Assembly (NCBI GenBank): GCA_903813345.2
Contig: CAIIXF020000001.1
Coordinates: 40,238,001 to 40,302,000, forward strand
Reading direction: 5' to 3'
From: Owenia fusiformis
Taxonomy: Eukaryota
Length of the DNA: 64,000 bases
Positions 10,901 to 21,600 of this stretch are shown here, one piece after another. Within the stretch, counting starts at the first letter, position 1, and every line of letters starts with the position of its first letter. The notes beneath the pieces were generated by a model. The model worked only from the letters and a program-made list of their open reading frames with translations, was not told the DNA's origin and did not search any database. A program made the position numbers and the translations under genes.

Positions 10901-13900
10901 GTGGATGGAACGTTTTCCCCACTGGGAATGAGTGACACCATGGACAAGAACCCGTCCATGACAAACTCTATTGAATTTTCCCGTAATTTCATAGAGATTG
11001 CTTTGTGTCACTCATCATGCCCATCCAGTAGTGGAATCCTGTGAACCTTGTCTCTGTGAACCGTGTGAACCGAGAAGGACATGACTACCTCTGCTGTGAT
11101 GAAGAAGTTTGTCCGACCAACAAATCCAACAAAACCTGAAGATGGCTAGAGGAATCAACAGTGGGTGAAACTTGGGACACTTGGTGGTACCAGATTATAT
11201 ATGCCTGGAACAACTCCATGACAAATCTAGCTAAAGATGAGCAACTGCAAGATGGTGTACTCCATGTTACAATTAAATGGAGAACCATGAACATTTAGTA
11301 TCTTCTTGGATATCTATCCTGTGGACTTTAAATAACGTGAACATTTTGTTATCTAAGTTAACAGCTCATAGACTTATGAACTATAGTTTGTTTTTATCGA
11401 GGTTCGGGTCGAACCTGTTTTTAAAGGGGGAGTGATGTGATGACCCGTGATCAAAGGTGGTATACCTTTGTTTTCTGATCACTGGTCATCGTGTTAAATC
11501 CTTCTTAATATCAATGTATTATATTTAGTTTTAATTATAGCATTTCCATGTTTTAATATTTAAAGTTACATTTTCGTTTCACATTTTTTCCTTCATAAAG
11601 TTTTGCATTGTACTTTGTGACCCTTTGACCTGTTCATTCAGTGCAGTCTTTATGCTGCTGCTATAGCAGAGCTTTAGTCTGAACCAAGTGAACTCTATTC
11701 AAACTTTTTGAATAGACAATTAGTCACAGTCTGGCTTTCTTAGATAATCCCTTAGCTGTAAGAATCATCCCTTTGTTCAGTGCCTGGTCCCAGGGCCAGG
11801 TGCGGTACAATAATATGGTAATTTGGGAACTTTTAGAACATAAACTGTCTGTTTCCTTTGGTCAAGAGGCACTTTTACACCAGACCTTGACAGGAACACT
11901 TGGTTTCTTCACATTTTTAGACATAAGCTAAAACATGTTGGATATCATTGAACAAAGGGAACGACAGTATGGGTAAGCCACTTAATGTATTCTGGTGTGT
12001 TTTTGTAATATTGTATTTGTACTAGTATTTTTGAGTATTATTTTAATTACAATAGATTTATTAAACTTTAATCTATTTGTTTCTTAATTCATTTCATATT
12101 ATACACTTTAGTGCCCTTTCATATAAATTGAACATTCACTTTAATTTAACTATTTTAACTTCCACGCTACCATTGATTTAAATTACGCTTATTCCAATTT
12201 ACTTTCCAAATTTCCACACTACCATTCATTGTTGTTGTATCTTTTTCATTTGCCCCCACATTTACTTGTCACGCTACCAATTGTTATTTGTTTACTTTTC
12301 CCCCATTAACTGACGGCCCTGATTTTGTTTTTAGTTAAACTTCCCCATTGATTGTTATTATTTAACTATTACCCCAGGGTCATCACAATAGGAGTTTTAA
12401 TAGGGTCAAGAAAAGGGTGACTTCTCATATTACAACAGAAAGCTATATCTACTAGTTGTCAACAATTAATAAGCGATTCCTACATACCTGTGTGCCATGT
12501 TTGTAAGCTCTTATGACATTCTGACAAGCTGTGAATGTCAAGTAGGCATCTACAGCTAAACAGTTGATTTCATCTGGATGCAAGTTGCCTGAAAAAGACA
12601 TCTAGAAAGTGAACAGAATGTTTAAACTGGAATTTCTGCACATATCTAATTTGTTTTTAATTTTTCAATCACATTTTTGACTGACAAAATACTATTTATA
12701 AAAGAACAGAAATGATCAAATTAGTTGTAGCTTTTTATAGTTTGTGACATATAGGCCTGACAAGGAAGATGATTAAATTGTTTTGTACATTTTGTACACA
12801 GATTTATCTGAAAGTCCGAATGATTCCAATAGAGCAGATGGCAAGGAAGAAAGAAAAACTTACTTATGTTGACTATTCCCAACTTTGAACACTGTAAAAT
12901 AAAAATACAAAGTGATAAATTAATTATCAGATACATTTTATGTGACATAGAACGCATAGAAGCAGTCCTCCTAAGTATTTCACTGCACTTTTCTCAGACC
13001 TTTTTTCGATGTACATCGCGATGTGCATCGATGTTTACTACTGAAAATTGCCGATGCATCGATGTACGATTATGGCACATTAATCGATACATCGCGATAT
13101 ACATCGCCAAAGCTGATTCTGGCGATGCATCGATGTCTAAAACAAAACATCGATGTTTTTAAAAAAAATTCATTTGCTAAAAATCACCCTTTCTTATCTT
13201 ATTTTGACGCAAATCGCTTAAGGTCAGGGTGCATGATGGGAAATTTTCTGCATTCCTCAATTGAGTCACATGTTATTTTTCAAACAAGAATCACTCCTTC
13301 CCTTCATTGTCTATATCTTCCAGTTTTGCACAAAGAGTGCACTTCTGTGCCTAGAAAGGACTTGTGAGAAGATTGTTTTGATGAAGTGTATAAAAAACAA
13401 GAAAATTCAGTGAAAAAAATCAGAAAATTTTCAGAAATTTTTTTCACTGAATTTTCTCATTTTTTATACATTTTACAAAACAAACCTTCTCACAAGGCTT
13501 TTCTAGGCACAGAAGTGCACTCTTTGTGCAAACTTGGAAGATGTAGACAATGTGGGGAAGGAGTTATTCATGTTTGAAAAATAACATGTGACTCAATTGA
13601 GGAATGCAGAAAATTTCCCAACATGCACCCTGTCCTTAACTTTCTCATGTCTTATTTCATTTCCCAATGTTTTCTGATATTATTTCGCTTTAAAACTGTT
13701 TTAGCTAATCGAAATGAACCATTAAGGTCAGGGTGCATGATGGGAAATTTTCTGCATTCCTCAATTGAGACACATGTTATTTTTCAAACAAGAATCACTC
13801 CTTCCCCAGAGGGTCTATATCTTCCAGGTTTGCACAAAGAGTGCTCTTATGTGCCTAGAAAAGACTTGTGAGAAGAATGTTTTGATAAAGTGTATAAAAA

Positions 13901-14725
13901 ACAAGAAAATTCAGTGAAAAAATTCAGAAAATTTTCAGAAATTTTTTTCACTGAATTTTCTCGTTTTTTATACATTTTACAAAACAAATCTTCTCACAAG
14001 GCTTTTCTAGGCACATAAGTGCACTCTTTGTGCAAACCTGGAAGATGTAGACAATGTGGGGAAGGAGTTAATTTTGTTTGAAAAATAACATGTGACTCAA
14101 TTGAGGAATGCAGAAAATTTCCCAACATGCACCCTGTCCTTAATCTAAAAATTTACTTTACTTTCATTTCACCGTTACTAGAAGTTCCCGGATGAACCAG
14201 CGTTCTGTATTTTAGTGCATTAGCGTTCGGTATTTCAGTGCACTTTTCTCAGACTTTTTCTCGATGTACATCGCGATGTGCATCGATGTTTACTACTGAA
14301 AATTGCCGATGCATCGATGTACGATTATGGCACATCGCGACAACACTAGTTGATACAGGTTTCTGTGAGATTTGATTGACGAAGAAAATCATTGTCAAAA
14401 TAGAAACTATGTCAACAACCCAGTGTGTATGATTTTAGACCTAATCAGTCTCTCTATACAGTCAAACAATAAAGGTTAGCGTCTATTGTAGCTTGTGATA
14501 TATGCAAAGTGAAATCAAAACATGCTGGAAATTTACTCAATTATCGCCCACGAAAATATTTAAAAATTCTAGATCTAATATGCTTACGTTGTAAACGTGG
14601 AAGGCTTTCCCCACCGATGTTACTACGTAGTTTTCTTCACGTTTCTTATGATGTCTAACAACTAAAGGAACATGGGTACTATTGTACCCTAAAGCTCTAA
14701 ATCCTGTAAATATTCTGCTTGGCAT
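1994..14725 (-). CDS. WDR36: WD repeat-containing protein 36 (UTP21 orthologue), first six coding exons; gene continues beyond the left edge
   Basis: Exons 14725-14588 (MPSRIFTGFRALGY...VGKAFHVYN), 12891-12864 (28-bp micro-exon CSKLGIVNI), 12588-12488, 2956-2839 (LLPFGDHLISVD), 2583-2504 (ICHPSTYVNK), 2101-1994 (GSKQGSLQLWNIKS). All introns GT-AG with consistent phases; the peptide matches the WDR36 N-terminus as I know it. Confidence 0.93.
3193..4143 (+). repeat. 5' LTR (951 bp)
   Basis: Matches 11436-12387 with about 5 substitutions and one 1-bp indel by eye. Confidence 0.95.
4146..4164 (+). promoter_or_regulatory. primer-binding-site-like sequence (second copy at 7074-7092)
   Basis: TGGTGCCTAGTGGTGGTAT starts 2 nt after the LTR end; TGG complements tRNA CCA. 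It loosely resembles a tRNA-Leu PBS, but the primer tRNA cannot be assigned by eye. Confidence 0.7.
4272..6692 (+). CDS. gag: Gag copy 1, C-terminally truncated (806 aa from first ATG; no zinc knuckles)
   Basis: Near-identical to copy 2 up to ...ALKEKV, then reads into duplicated LTR sequence (GVFL*). Confidence 0.85.
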   Translation: MPNYKTVTMSISSAAQQAPLPMSRSYCSFDDPEIVPGHRALDDQDMKFAMADTLPLPDTSRHSERKAQRSMPGVSPKPPRSASPCGYMKNFKIEPDQTLLQSPSNYCPPIHSGYNPFSKPAWENSAWREPSQAPPSTLTKPGRDYARGELSRGPPSPLHRGEIHSRGELSRAPPSSLYPGEDNARGELSRAPSSQRHSVGEFARGELSRAPPSPLHRGEIHSRGELSRAPPSQFYPWENNARGELSIAPPSQRHSVWEFPRGELSRAPPSPFYPWENNASGELMRAPSIQGHSFGEFARCELFQAPPSPLYPWKDNARGELSRVPPMQRHSVGEFPRSELSRAPPSPLPHGETYSRREFHGAPLHLRHTGREHARGELSRVPLSPLHHGDKYLRGELSEAPLSPRHSFWGKIQSELSGASLSPMHTGREYARGEFSGAPLCSRYTGRESDTMSWVSDQQSRSSMSPRSSMSPRSKGHLKSSPMPCYHHSPVSPHTKRQESHNQVPSQSISMGYETAHSDPFEQMSFAPRDPLSKVDSLLQTKKYKKRSTDLPKWCDNSSSGGSESKFQSPKPVYNKKREMRAPKFDGKCSLSAFLIQFRLVSQNNGWDSDEAAIYLVRSHDGEAANVLDDIEEGVNPDLDSIINALQMNYEPPQQSDNARALLKNRLRGPDEPLEKLAHEVRKLARKAYGGLGMPKSGIENQAMQAFIDALNDVDLEAKLSFAKPTSLNQALTMALQYESFFKGRKKRLQATHDPELRATEAHVQSPSSESPVSLISQFSKMMEKQMEALHQSIAQALKEKVGVFL
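4707..5618 (+). repeat. in-frame tandem array, 16 x 57 bp (19 aa), in gag copy 1
   Basis: Units of type ARGELSRAPPSPLHRGEIH, no indels; GAGYT-N6-AGYTY in every unit except unit 1 (AGGTC). Confidence 0.9.
6677..7071 (+). repeat. partial internal LTR (3' 395 bp) created by tandem duplication
   Basis: Identical to 3749-4143 (offset 2928), followed by the second PBS-like site. Confidence 0.93.
7200..9812 (+). CDS. gag: Gag copy 2, full length (870 aa): repeat-rich N-terminus, capsid-like domain, two CCHC zinc knuckles
   Basis: APKFDG...FLIQFRLVSQNNGW...AIYL...GEAANVL is typical of Gypsy-type capsid; knuckles CKLCDTREHSIFDC and CFKCGVDGHVMYDC; ends TCG GGA AAC TAG. Confidence 0.9.
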   Translation: MPNYKTVTMSISSAAQQAPLPMSRSYCSFDDPEIVPGHRALDDQDMKFAMADTLPLPDTSRHSERKAQRSMPGVSPKPPRSASPCGYMKNFKIEPDQTLLQSPSNYCPPIHSGYNPFSKPAWENSAWREPSQAPPSTLTKPGRDYARGELSRAPPSPLHRGEIHSRGELSRAPPSSLYPGEDNARGELSRAPSSQRHSVGEFARGELSRAPPSPLHRGEIHSRGELSRAPPSQFYPWENNARGELSIAPPSQRHSVWEFPRGELSRAPPSPFYPWENNASGELMRAPSIQGHSFGEFARCELFQAPPSPLYPWKDNARGELSRVPPMQRHSVGEFPRSELSRAPPSPLPHGETYSRREFHGAPLHLRHTGREHARGELSRVPLSPLHHGDKYLRGELSEAPLSPRHSFWGKIQSELSGASLSPMHTGREYARGEFSGAPLCSRYTGRESDTMSWVSDQQSRSSMSPRSSMSPRSKGHLKSSPMPCYHHSPVSPHTKRQESHNQVPSQSISMGYETAHSDPFEQMSFAPRDPLSKVDSLLQTKKYKKRSTDLPKWCDNSSSGGSESKFQSPKPVYNKKREMRAPKFDGKCSLSAFLIQFRLVSQNNGWDSDEAAIYLVRSHDGEAANVLDDIEEGVNPDLDSIINALQMNYEPPQQSDNARALLKNRLRGPDEPLEKLAHEVRKLARKAYGGLGMPKSGIENQAMQAFIDALNDVDLEAKLSFAKPTSLNQALTMALQYESFFKGRKKRLQATHDPELRATEAHVQSPSSESPVSLISQFSKMMEKQMEALHQSIAQALKEKVDRRPTSKPTRAQYCKLCDTREHSIFDCLHRHPNSKVTGARVCFKCGVDGHVMYDCPALKAHSPTYSGN
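7635..8546 (+). repeat. in-frame tandem array, 16 x 57 bp, in gag copy 2
   Basis: Same array as 4707-5618 at offset 2928. Confidence 0.9.
9803..9864 (+). promoter_or_regulatory. predicted -1 programmed ribosomal frameshift signal (slippery heptamer plus pseudoknot)
   Basis: G GGA AAC (9803-9809) is in the gag frame just before TAG; 7-nt spacer; stem TGCTGAGTCG (9817-9826) / CGATTCAGCA (9835-9844); loop GTGGGCCT complementary to AGGCCCGC (9857-9864). Confidence 0.8.
9803..10420 (+). CDS. ORF2 in the -1 frame of gag, ~200 aa, Pro/Asp/Glu/Cys-rich, function unknown
   Basis: Open from the slippery site (GGG AAA CTA GAA ... GTG GGC CTC GAT) to TGA at 10420; no D(T/S)GA protease or YxDD RT motif. 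Confidence 0.55.
   Translation, partial: GKLECAESVGLDSASQPQRPASFKIQSGYNCPQPVTLYKSMPIASGEQIHDLLPPAREDLSKKQCEVDSIPPCPNPCKTLEADVPLTDSSDDFVDIMVAKHLNELQKATPLTLDQVDPVICPELLFRDPVVPSRLSCPVEEDRDPICLSVIAEGSDLLPEHGKVDCLSFENVTNLNCFPDHELDPGDAKPIKKPPAPPIVLVPKC
11423..11435 (+). promoter_or_regulatory. polypurine tract
   Basis: AAAGGGGGAGTGA directly before the TG of the 3' LTR. Confidence 0.85.
11436..12387 (+). repeat. 3' LTR (952 bp)
   Basis: Direct repeat of 3193-4143, followed by TSD ATAG. Confidence 0.95.
13222..13635. mobile_element. palindromic MITE (414 bp), TTAA-flanked, GG...CC termini (Kolobok-like)
   Basis: TTAA|GGTCAGGGTGCATG...CATGCACCCTGTCC|TTAA; whole element is a ~200-bp-arm inverted repeat. 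Confidence 0.85.
13726..14139. mobile_element. second copy of the 414-bp palindromic TTAA MITE
   Basis: Same termini, length and TTAA flanks as 13222-13635, with several substitutions. Confidence 0.85.
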
Positions 14726-17594
14726 TTTTGTACACACGGACTGCGGTAATAATACGAACGTGAAGATGCATCAGATTTACGAACGCACTTTGTGAATATC
14801 TAGGGTTTGTTCGTGCTTTTCAACATGACGAATGATCGACTACAGCATTTATACAGGCTGTATCCATCCCGGTAGCGTTCCTAATTATGATGGGTTTTGG
14901 ATGCAGTGTTTATCCCTCAGAAAATATGTTAGGGAGATACAAATTTACCTTGGGACCCACGGTAGTTGGAAGTTCAATACAATAAGTAATTAATCTTGTA
15001 GTTTTAAATAATAATATGAAGGAAATTCTGTTCACTGTTCCAAAACCTCCCAGTATATGACCCTTATAAGTATTATGGAGAACTTCCCACCATTTGTGCT
15101 ATGACTGTATGGTTTGCATTGGAAAGGGCTTTCTGATTTATTCTCATGAATAAGAAATGTTCAAACACTTACTACCCGTGTAAAAATGCCACAGTATCTA
15201 TCCAGGCACAGGACATTGATTCAAATATTCTCAAACTGATGTCGATGTTTTTGCTTCGTTTTTAAAATTCAGAAAACATCTGATGTAATGTCTAGTAGGG
15301 CATGTGTGTCCTAATAATGCCCTCAAAGGAATTTCTCCTTAAAAGTGAGCACAGCACGGCTCAAAATCACAATAATAACTTCAAAGTGACAAATATTGAA
15401 TTAAGAAAAAGGGATATGTATTATGTAAAATGATAGAAGGCATGCAATTGATGATTTGCAATCACCGAATGGATTCTGTCTTTTAGTGACGTCACAATTA
15501 GGTCACCCAGCTATAGATGCTTGATTTTGAGAGATTATCTTCTATATTTCGTGCTTTATTGATTTATTTTTCACGAAAGCGTTCTATTTGACTAGATCAA
15601 CATTCATGCTAAGCACATACCAAGTCTAAGGTCTTACTGACATGATTTAGATAGCGGTTTAGCGCCCCCCGATTTTGACAAAAACGGGGGGCGCTTATAG
15701 GCATCGATGTTTAGTATGAATTTCACCCAAACTTCGCATATATATAGACAAACTCATGATCTAGTCAAATAGGCATACCTGGTAAATATCCGACCCATGG
15801 TTTTTATATAAGAAACGACAATATTTTTAGCTCAAAACTGCCACGTGTCCGCCATTTCATGATTCCATCATGTCTAATATCATTTCTATATGACGTCATA
15901 CCAATAAGACGAAATACGTGACAACAGTATCCATAAACAAAATTCCTGAATTCTGATCGCAAAAGGTCAATTGAATGATGACAGTAAATGAAACTGTTAC
16001 AATTTCTGAAACCAACTTTCAGCTTGTCTCTCCTTGGTTTTCTGAGACAATCTAGAGGAAAATCAAAGATGTTTTACTTCATTCTAAAACCAAATTTTGT
16101 TCTTTTCTTATTATCGATGATGATTTATAGATGATTTCAATTAATAAATCTCTGTGGTACATTGGTTAGTCCGCTGCATGAGAGACATAATGCCTATATC
16201 GTGGTGTCTTATTCTTAGGAACACATTTGAAAGATACACATTTTAAAAAATACACTAAGGATGGTTCATCATCTGGATGACCTATGATGTGTATGTTTTT
16301 CCAGTATAATGGGCCAGGGCATATTTTCTATCAGTTTCCTTCATAAACAAAACTTCATGAAACCAAGAACAATTACATCACAATGTAAATCAGTTATAAT
16401 ATGAATAAGTGCCAAATGTTGCATCACATTTTTTTCAAAAATATTTTAAGTCACATATTTTGATAAAAATGATGATGGGTGACCTGCTATATTTACCTGT
16501 GTCAGATTACAAGTCACTTAAAAGGTATTCACATCATTGTTAATTGGAAATTGAATCTTTCTTTCCAATGGTGTCAAATACATATTATGTAATTTGTAGT
16601 AATTGCTTAGTAGGGCCATTTTTATTAGTCCACTCTGTACTGGGGAAACTCCAATTCTTCTAGATGGCATCAAGTTTATGAGAAAACTGACAAATCCAGA
16701 TATTGTACATGTTAAAAATAGTGTTCTTTTGGTGACAAAGAAATAACTTGACATCCATATGATTCAAATGTATACAAAGTCAAATTACCTGAACAGCTTT
16801 AAAAGTGAGAATCAAATTCTGCTACTGGGTCAACTAAATCACTAATGGTAATTTCCATTCAATGAACAATGGATATAGAGTAATCTGTTCGTCACTGAAT
16901 GGACACTATATTAACATATAAAATATATCTGTTTTCTGGACAGACATAGATGACCAAATATTCCTCCATTTTTGGTGCTGGACTGTAGTTCAGCAAGTCG
17001 CAGTTCATAAATATCATGATATAGATTATTAATTCTAAACTCAATGCATTGCTTCTTTGTCAAATATGAAAAATCCGAATATTACAAATAAACAAATAAG
17101 TTTTTAATAATATGCATGTATATTTTGGACAATAAATACATTTTCTCATAAAAACAAGACAAGATATTACAAACACAAATCTAATGATCCAATGAATCAG
17201 ATTTGACAATGCACCAATATACAGTATAAGAATGACAAATGCATTCTGACAATGATCTGATAAGTTTTTTGAAAGTTCAATTGAGGCTTATTGCAAACAG
17301 AATACTTAAACTGTTAAAGTGGCAATACATGTATTTGATTCATTCATAACAGATAATATGAGGGATGAATTTGCCTTTCTTCAGAGGGAATTTTCATTTA
17401 CAGAAGTTCTTTAAATAAAAAATATTTTTATGCCTGTAAAAATTGATGTGATTCTGTTATTAATCTTAATCTTAATGAAACATTTTAATAAATTGGAAAA
17501 TGAGTTTAATGGAACTGCAAACACGAGCATTTTTTGTAAAATTTCCATTTTGTTCAACAAAATAGCCGAAAATATGGAGAGTGCCTATAATTCA

Positions 17595-17647
17595 CACTGG
17601 CGGATCCAGAAGCTAACAAGGGCCTGGGCCCCCTGGATCCGCCAGTG
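17595..17647. mobile_element. 53-bp micro-MITE with 5-bp TSD
   Basis: Perfect 15-bp TIR CACTGGCGGATCCAG/CTGGATCCGCCAGTG; ATTCA on both sides. Confidence 0.8.
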
Positions 17648-18664
17648 ATTCAACATCTCTTTGGCACTGAATATTGCAAAAATGGTATATTTTACAAAAC
17701 AATATTCAGCAAAGCTTTTCAATTGATGATTTGCGATCACCGGATGGATTTTATCTTGTTGTGACATTACAAATAGGCCAAACTGCTGTAGCTGTTTCAT
17801 TGGAGAGAAATAACCAAGTCACATTTATTTAACTTACAGTCTTACATAATAAAGAACCCTCACTGTAAGGAAGTCTTGTCAACAAGAATCTTGATCACTA
17901 GAGAGGATGTTCCTTATGCACATGTACTTACTATAAACCATATTGAGTATTTAGCTGTAACGATACAATATGCATCAATCCTAGATTCTCAATATGGTAT
18001 TACAATTACAGTGAATCCAATGTTAGTGAATGTTAGCATCAATTTTGCAGATCCACCAAAGTCAAATCAAGACCAAATGCAGAAATGCAGAACTATGTTT
18101 AGGGAGCAGAAAATACCTGTGAGGTATTGATTTCTTGTTATCTGTTGTCCAAATGTGTCCACATGCACTTTCAAAATGTTTATGGCTACAGTCCACATAT
18201 TACAATGTAGTTCCTATATACATGTATATACACAATTGACAGTTCATTTGTACAGTTATACTGAGAATTCTACCAACACTTCAAGACATTTTTACTTAGC
18301 TATAATGTTCTATGATCAGTTCAAAATAATAATGTATGATAAATAACTTATTATATATTTCAATATAGCAACCCCTTTTGCTGTAAAATATACATGAAAA
18401 TGAAATTAAACTTAGTTTTTAATAAGAGGAGTGAAAAATTAAAGATATAACAGGACATAATAATGATTTCTGACGATAGATATTGCCATGTATATGCTTC
18501 ATGATTCTATATAGCTGCACAATATTGGGAACTAAACAATGTCACTACAACTCAACCATACCATAAAAATTGGCTCAAATTCACAAGTTTGAATAAATGA
18601 GAATCTGTTTCAAAGTGTAGGTAGAACTCAAAGTGAAATTATTGAATAAATATTGCATGCTTGG

Positions 18665-21600
18665 TTATCTCTCCTCCAGAATTAAAGTCTCTTGTGGAAA
18701 CAGTTTGTGATCATGTAATGACATATTCTCATCCAGGGTGGTTAACTGAAAAACAGAAAATAGGTTTATCTATGTATTATTCATCAATCAAGGCAGCATG
18801 AGTGAAACAGGGCCTTAGAACATGTTTAATGTCCAAAGAAGATCAAAATGTAATGATGCTGTTTCAGTCCTGCTCTCTGATCCCAACTCCTTTAGATGAA
18901 TATGATGTTAAATAATTTTAATAAATAGTACTTCATTATGCTAGGCATTTAACACTATGATTTTTTAGACATCAAGAATGAAATTAAGGGGCTGGCTCAA
19001 CCGTCAATGTCACTTTTTCACAAAACAAACTATGATAGGTACTAGGGGAGTAAAGAGCATTAGATTTGTTCAAGACATTTGTTCAAGAACAACATTGAGT
19101 GGGATTTATAAAGTTTTAGGAAACAGCAACTCCATGGAGAAGCAAATCCCAACAAACAAATTATCTATGAAAGGCCACATTGAAAATATGAGTTATAGAT
19201 ATGAGGAAAATCAGGGAATCAATATTTGATTTATTTTCTGGATGAACAAAAATAAGGACTGATGATTGGATGGACAGACGGATGAATGGATGGACGGAGG
19301 GCTGAATCTGAGCCTTTGTCACATTAGTTTCACCAAAACAAGCATTGACTTTTTGAGCCAGTCCCTTATATTAGCAGTAGCACTACTACTCACATCTCTC
19401 CTGGGATATGTTGTGAGCACCTTGTAATCTTCTAGGTGAAAACCTTTAGTCACAATAAACTTCAGAAGCACATGTAGTGCAGTTGAGGCAAGGAATCTAC
19501 GAACAATAGTCTCCCCTTTGGGGCATCTCAGTCTCAACATGCTGACTGGTTCTTTACAATCTGTGGGTGGTTCATCTGGTAACATATCTGCTAAAGACTT
19601 TTGGATGGCCTGAAATTAGAATTTAAAGATGTCAGAAAGCATCCTTAGTTCTTCAGACCTACTGGTCAAAACTGAATTCTGCATCAGGATTGAATGAATG
19701 ATGGTTAAACCAATTAATGGCTGTTAAACCAAATTAATGGCGGTTAAACCAAATTAATGGCGGTTAAACCAAATTAATTGCTGTGTTAGCACACTTTTAA
19801 CAAGCAATAGAGATTATGGTACCTTATTTTTATTGAATGAATAAATAATATGGAAATCAATTATTTTTTATGGATGTATTCATATTTGCAGATCCTTTTT
19901 ATGACATAATTTCAAATTGATGAATGCAAACCAAATTGTGTTCTAAAGTGAAAATTAAAACAAGATAATATTCCAAGATATATTTTTGAACCTGTTTCTC
20001 CATTTCCTCTTCTCTAGCCCTCCTATCCTCCGCATCTCTCTGTATCCTATCTTCAAGCTCCTTCTGTTTTTCAATCTCCTCTTCTTCCCTCTTAGACTCA
20101 GCCTGCAGTCAGAAATAATTTTAAAGTTTTTATCCATCATTTTACTTCCATTTACAATTTACAAATCTAACTATTAGAGTTTTAGCCTTGATTTAAAAAA
20201 CAGAAGACAGGTCTTCACCTTTGATTAATTGGTTTCTCCAAAAAATATTGGTACAATGGCTCTGCCCAATACACTTCCATTTGAACCTTAAACCTGTGAC
20301 TGTCAGTAAGACTACAGTACACAAGTACATGTAATTATATTGTTTGAGTTTACCTTAGACCTGTCAGCAGCCAATGACATCTGATAAGCTTCATCCTGGT
20401 CTCTCTTTATCTGCTCACGTGCATCACGTTCAGCCTGAAGTAATAAGTCATTGATATTTCATTGAAAATTGCCAGCTATAAATATAATCCCCAGAGTATG
20501 TTACATTCATTTTCAGCACTGCTTTATACATGTGTCCCAAGTCAGGAGAAGCCTGTTCATAAAAACAAATAGTTAACATTGTGTTTGTACACGCAATATT
20601 TCTCAACAACCTGCAGAAATGTAAGATACAATGAGAAGTTAGGCACCCACCTCCTCTGCTATCTCTCCTTCCTGCTGGGTAGAAAATACCTCCACTGCAT
20701 TCATAAGACTAGTCATGACCTCATCTAACATGGAACTTCCCCTAACAGCTGTGAAAACCTCATACCTAGGATACAAAAACAAAAGAGTAATAGAAAATGA
20801 TTGTCAAAAGGAACATATTTAAATGTGAATAAAATAATTATAATTATATATAATTAATATATATAATATAATTATTTGTAATCGACATTAAATATCATAG
20901 TCATAAATTCATCTAATTAATTACTAAACAATGGAGTTGTAGGAAACTATCACACCTAAAACAGACCTCTTGGTAATAAATATCCTTTTCCCCTCACACC
21001 TCTTGATCAAAATAAAACATATCTTGGATGGATACATTTTGAGATTAATCATGATGAAAATCCTTACCTAGAATTAGTCCTAGTAATAATAAGCAGAACA
21101 GGGAGTTGATCAATCTTGAAATCCCTTACAGTGGATGCAGCTATTGTACCAAAGTGTTTCGTGACCATTCCTAACAAACTGAAACAAGACAACAATTCAA
21201 TTATTGGATATTTTGTAAAATTTAAATTACTGCTCTATGATCCAAACCATAGTTGTATACAGAACTAATATGAAACAAGTGGAATAAGTCATTCTTTCTG
21301 GAATTTAGAATCGATTCAAATCTTAAAAGGCTGCGACTATTCGAAATTGAAATGTGAACACCTGCTAAAAACATATTGTGTTCTTGTTTTTCATTAGTCC
21401 TATTTTGATTAACCCTAATATAACTTAAATACTGTTTACACAGGTGCAGGGGGGCTATGCGAGTGAAGCACAACTGATTCACCTAAGCATTAATTGCAGT
21501 TATAACAAACAAATTAAAAGTAACATACTGTGCTCTATTCGTATCATCAGTGAGATCCCATGCCCAGCATATAAAGTTTGTACTTAAATAATCCACTATT

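Larger units (their letters stand above)
3193..12387 (+). mobile_element. Ty3/Gypsy-type LTR retrotransposon, gag-only (no recognisable pol), with internal duplication, in WDR36 intron 3 on the opposite strand
   Basis: Direct LTRs 3193-4143 and 11436-12387 with TG...CA ends; outer termini TGTGATGACCC/GGGTCATCACA; 4-bp TSD ATAG (3189-3192, 12388-12391); PBS-like TGGTGCC after the 5' LTR; purine tract before the 3' LTR; gag with capsid-like region and two CCHC knuckles. Confidence 0.95.
12977..14348. mobile_element. CGAT-rich non-autonomous DNA transposon remnant with a ~105-bp direct repeat, hosting two MITEs
   Basis: ~12977-13080 repeated at ~14231-14335; right end CATCGCGACAACACTA looks like a MITE terminus; the left end is not clear. 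Confidence 0.45.

Noticed and set aside
10421..11422. env or degenerate pol
   Set aside because: Only short frames; no signal peptide/transmembrane pattern or RT, RNase H or integrase motif visible. An HMM search is still needed.
15446..17775. Similar ~55-bp segments at ~15446 and ~17720
   Set aside because: Most likely diverged fragments of one dispersed repeat; ends could not be defined.
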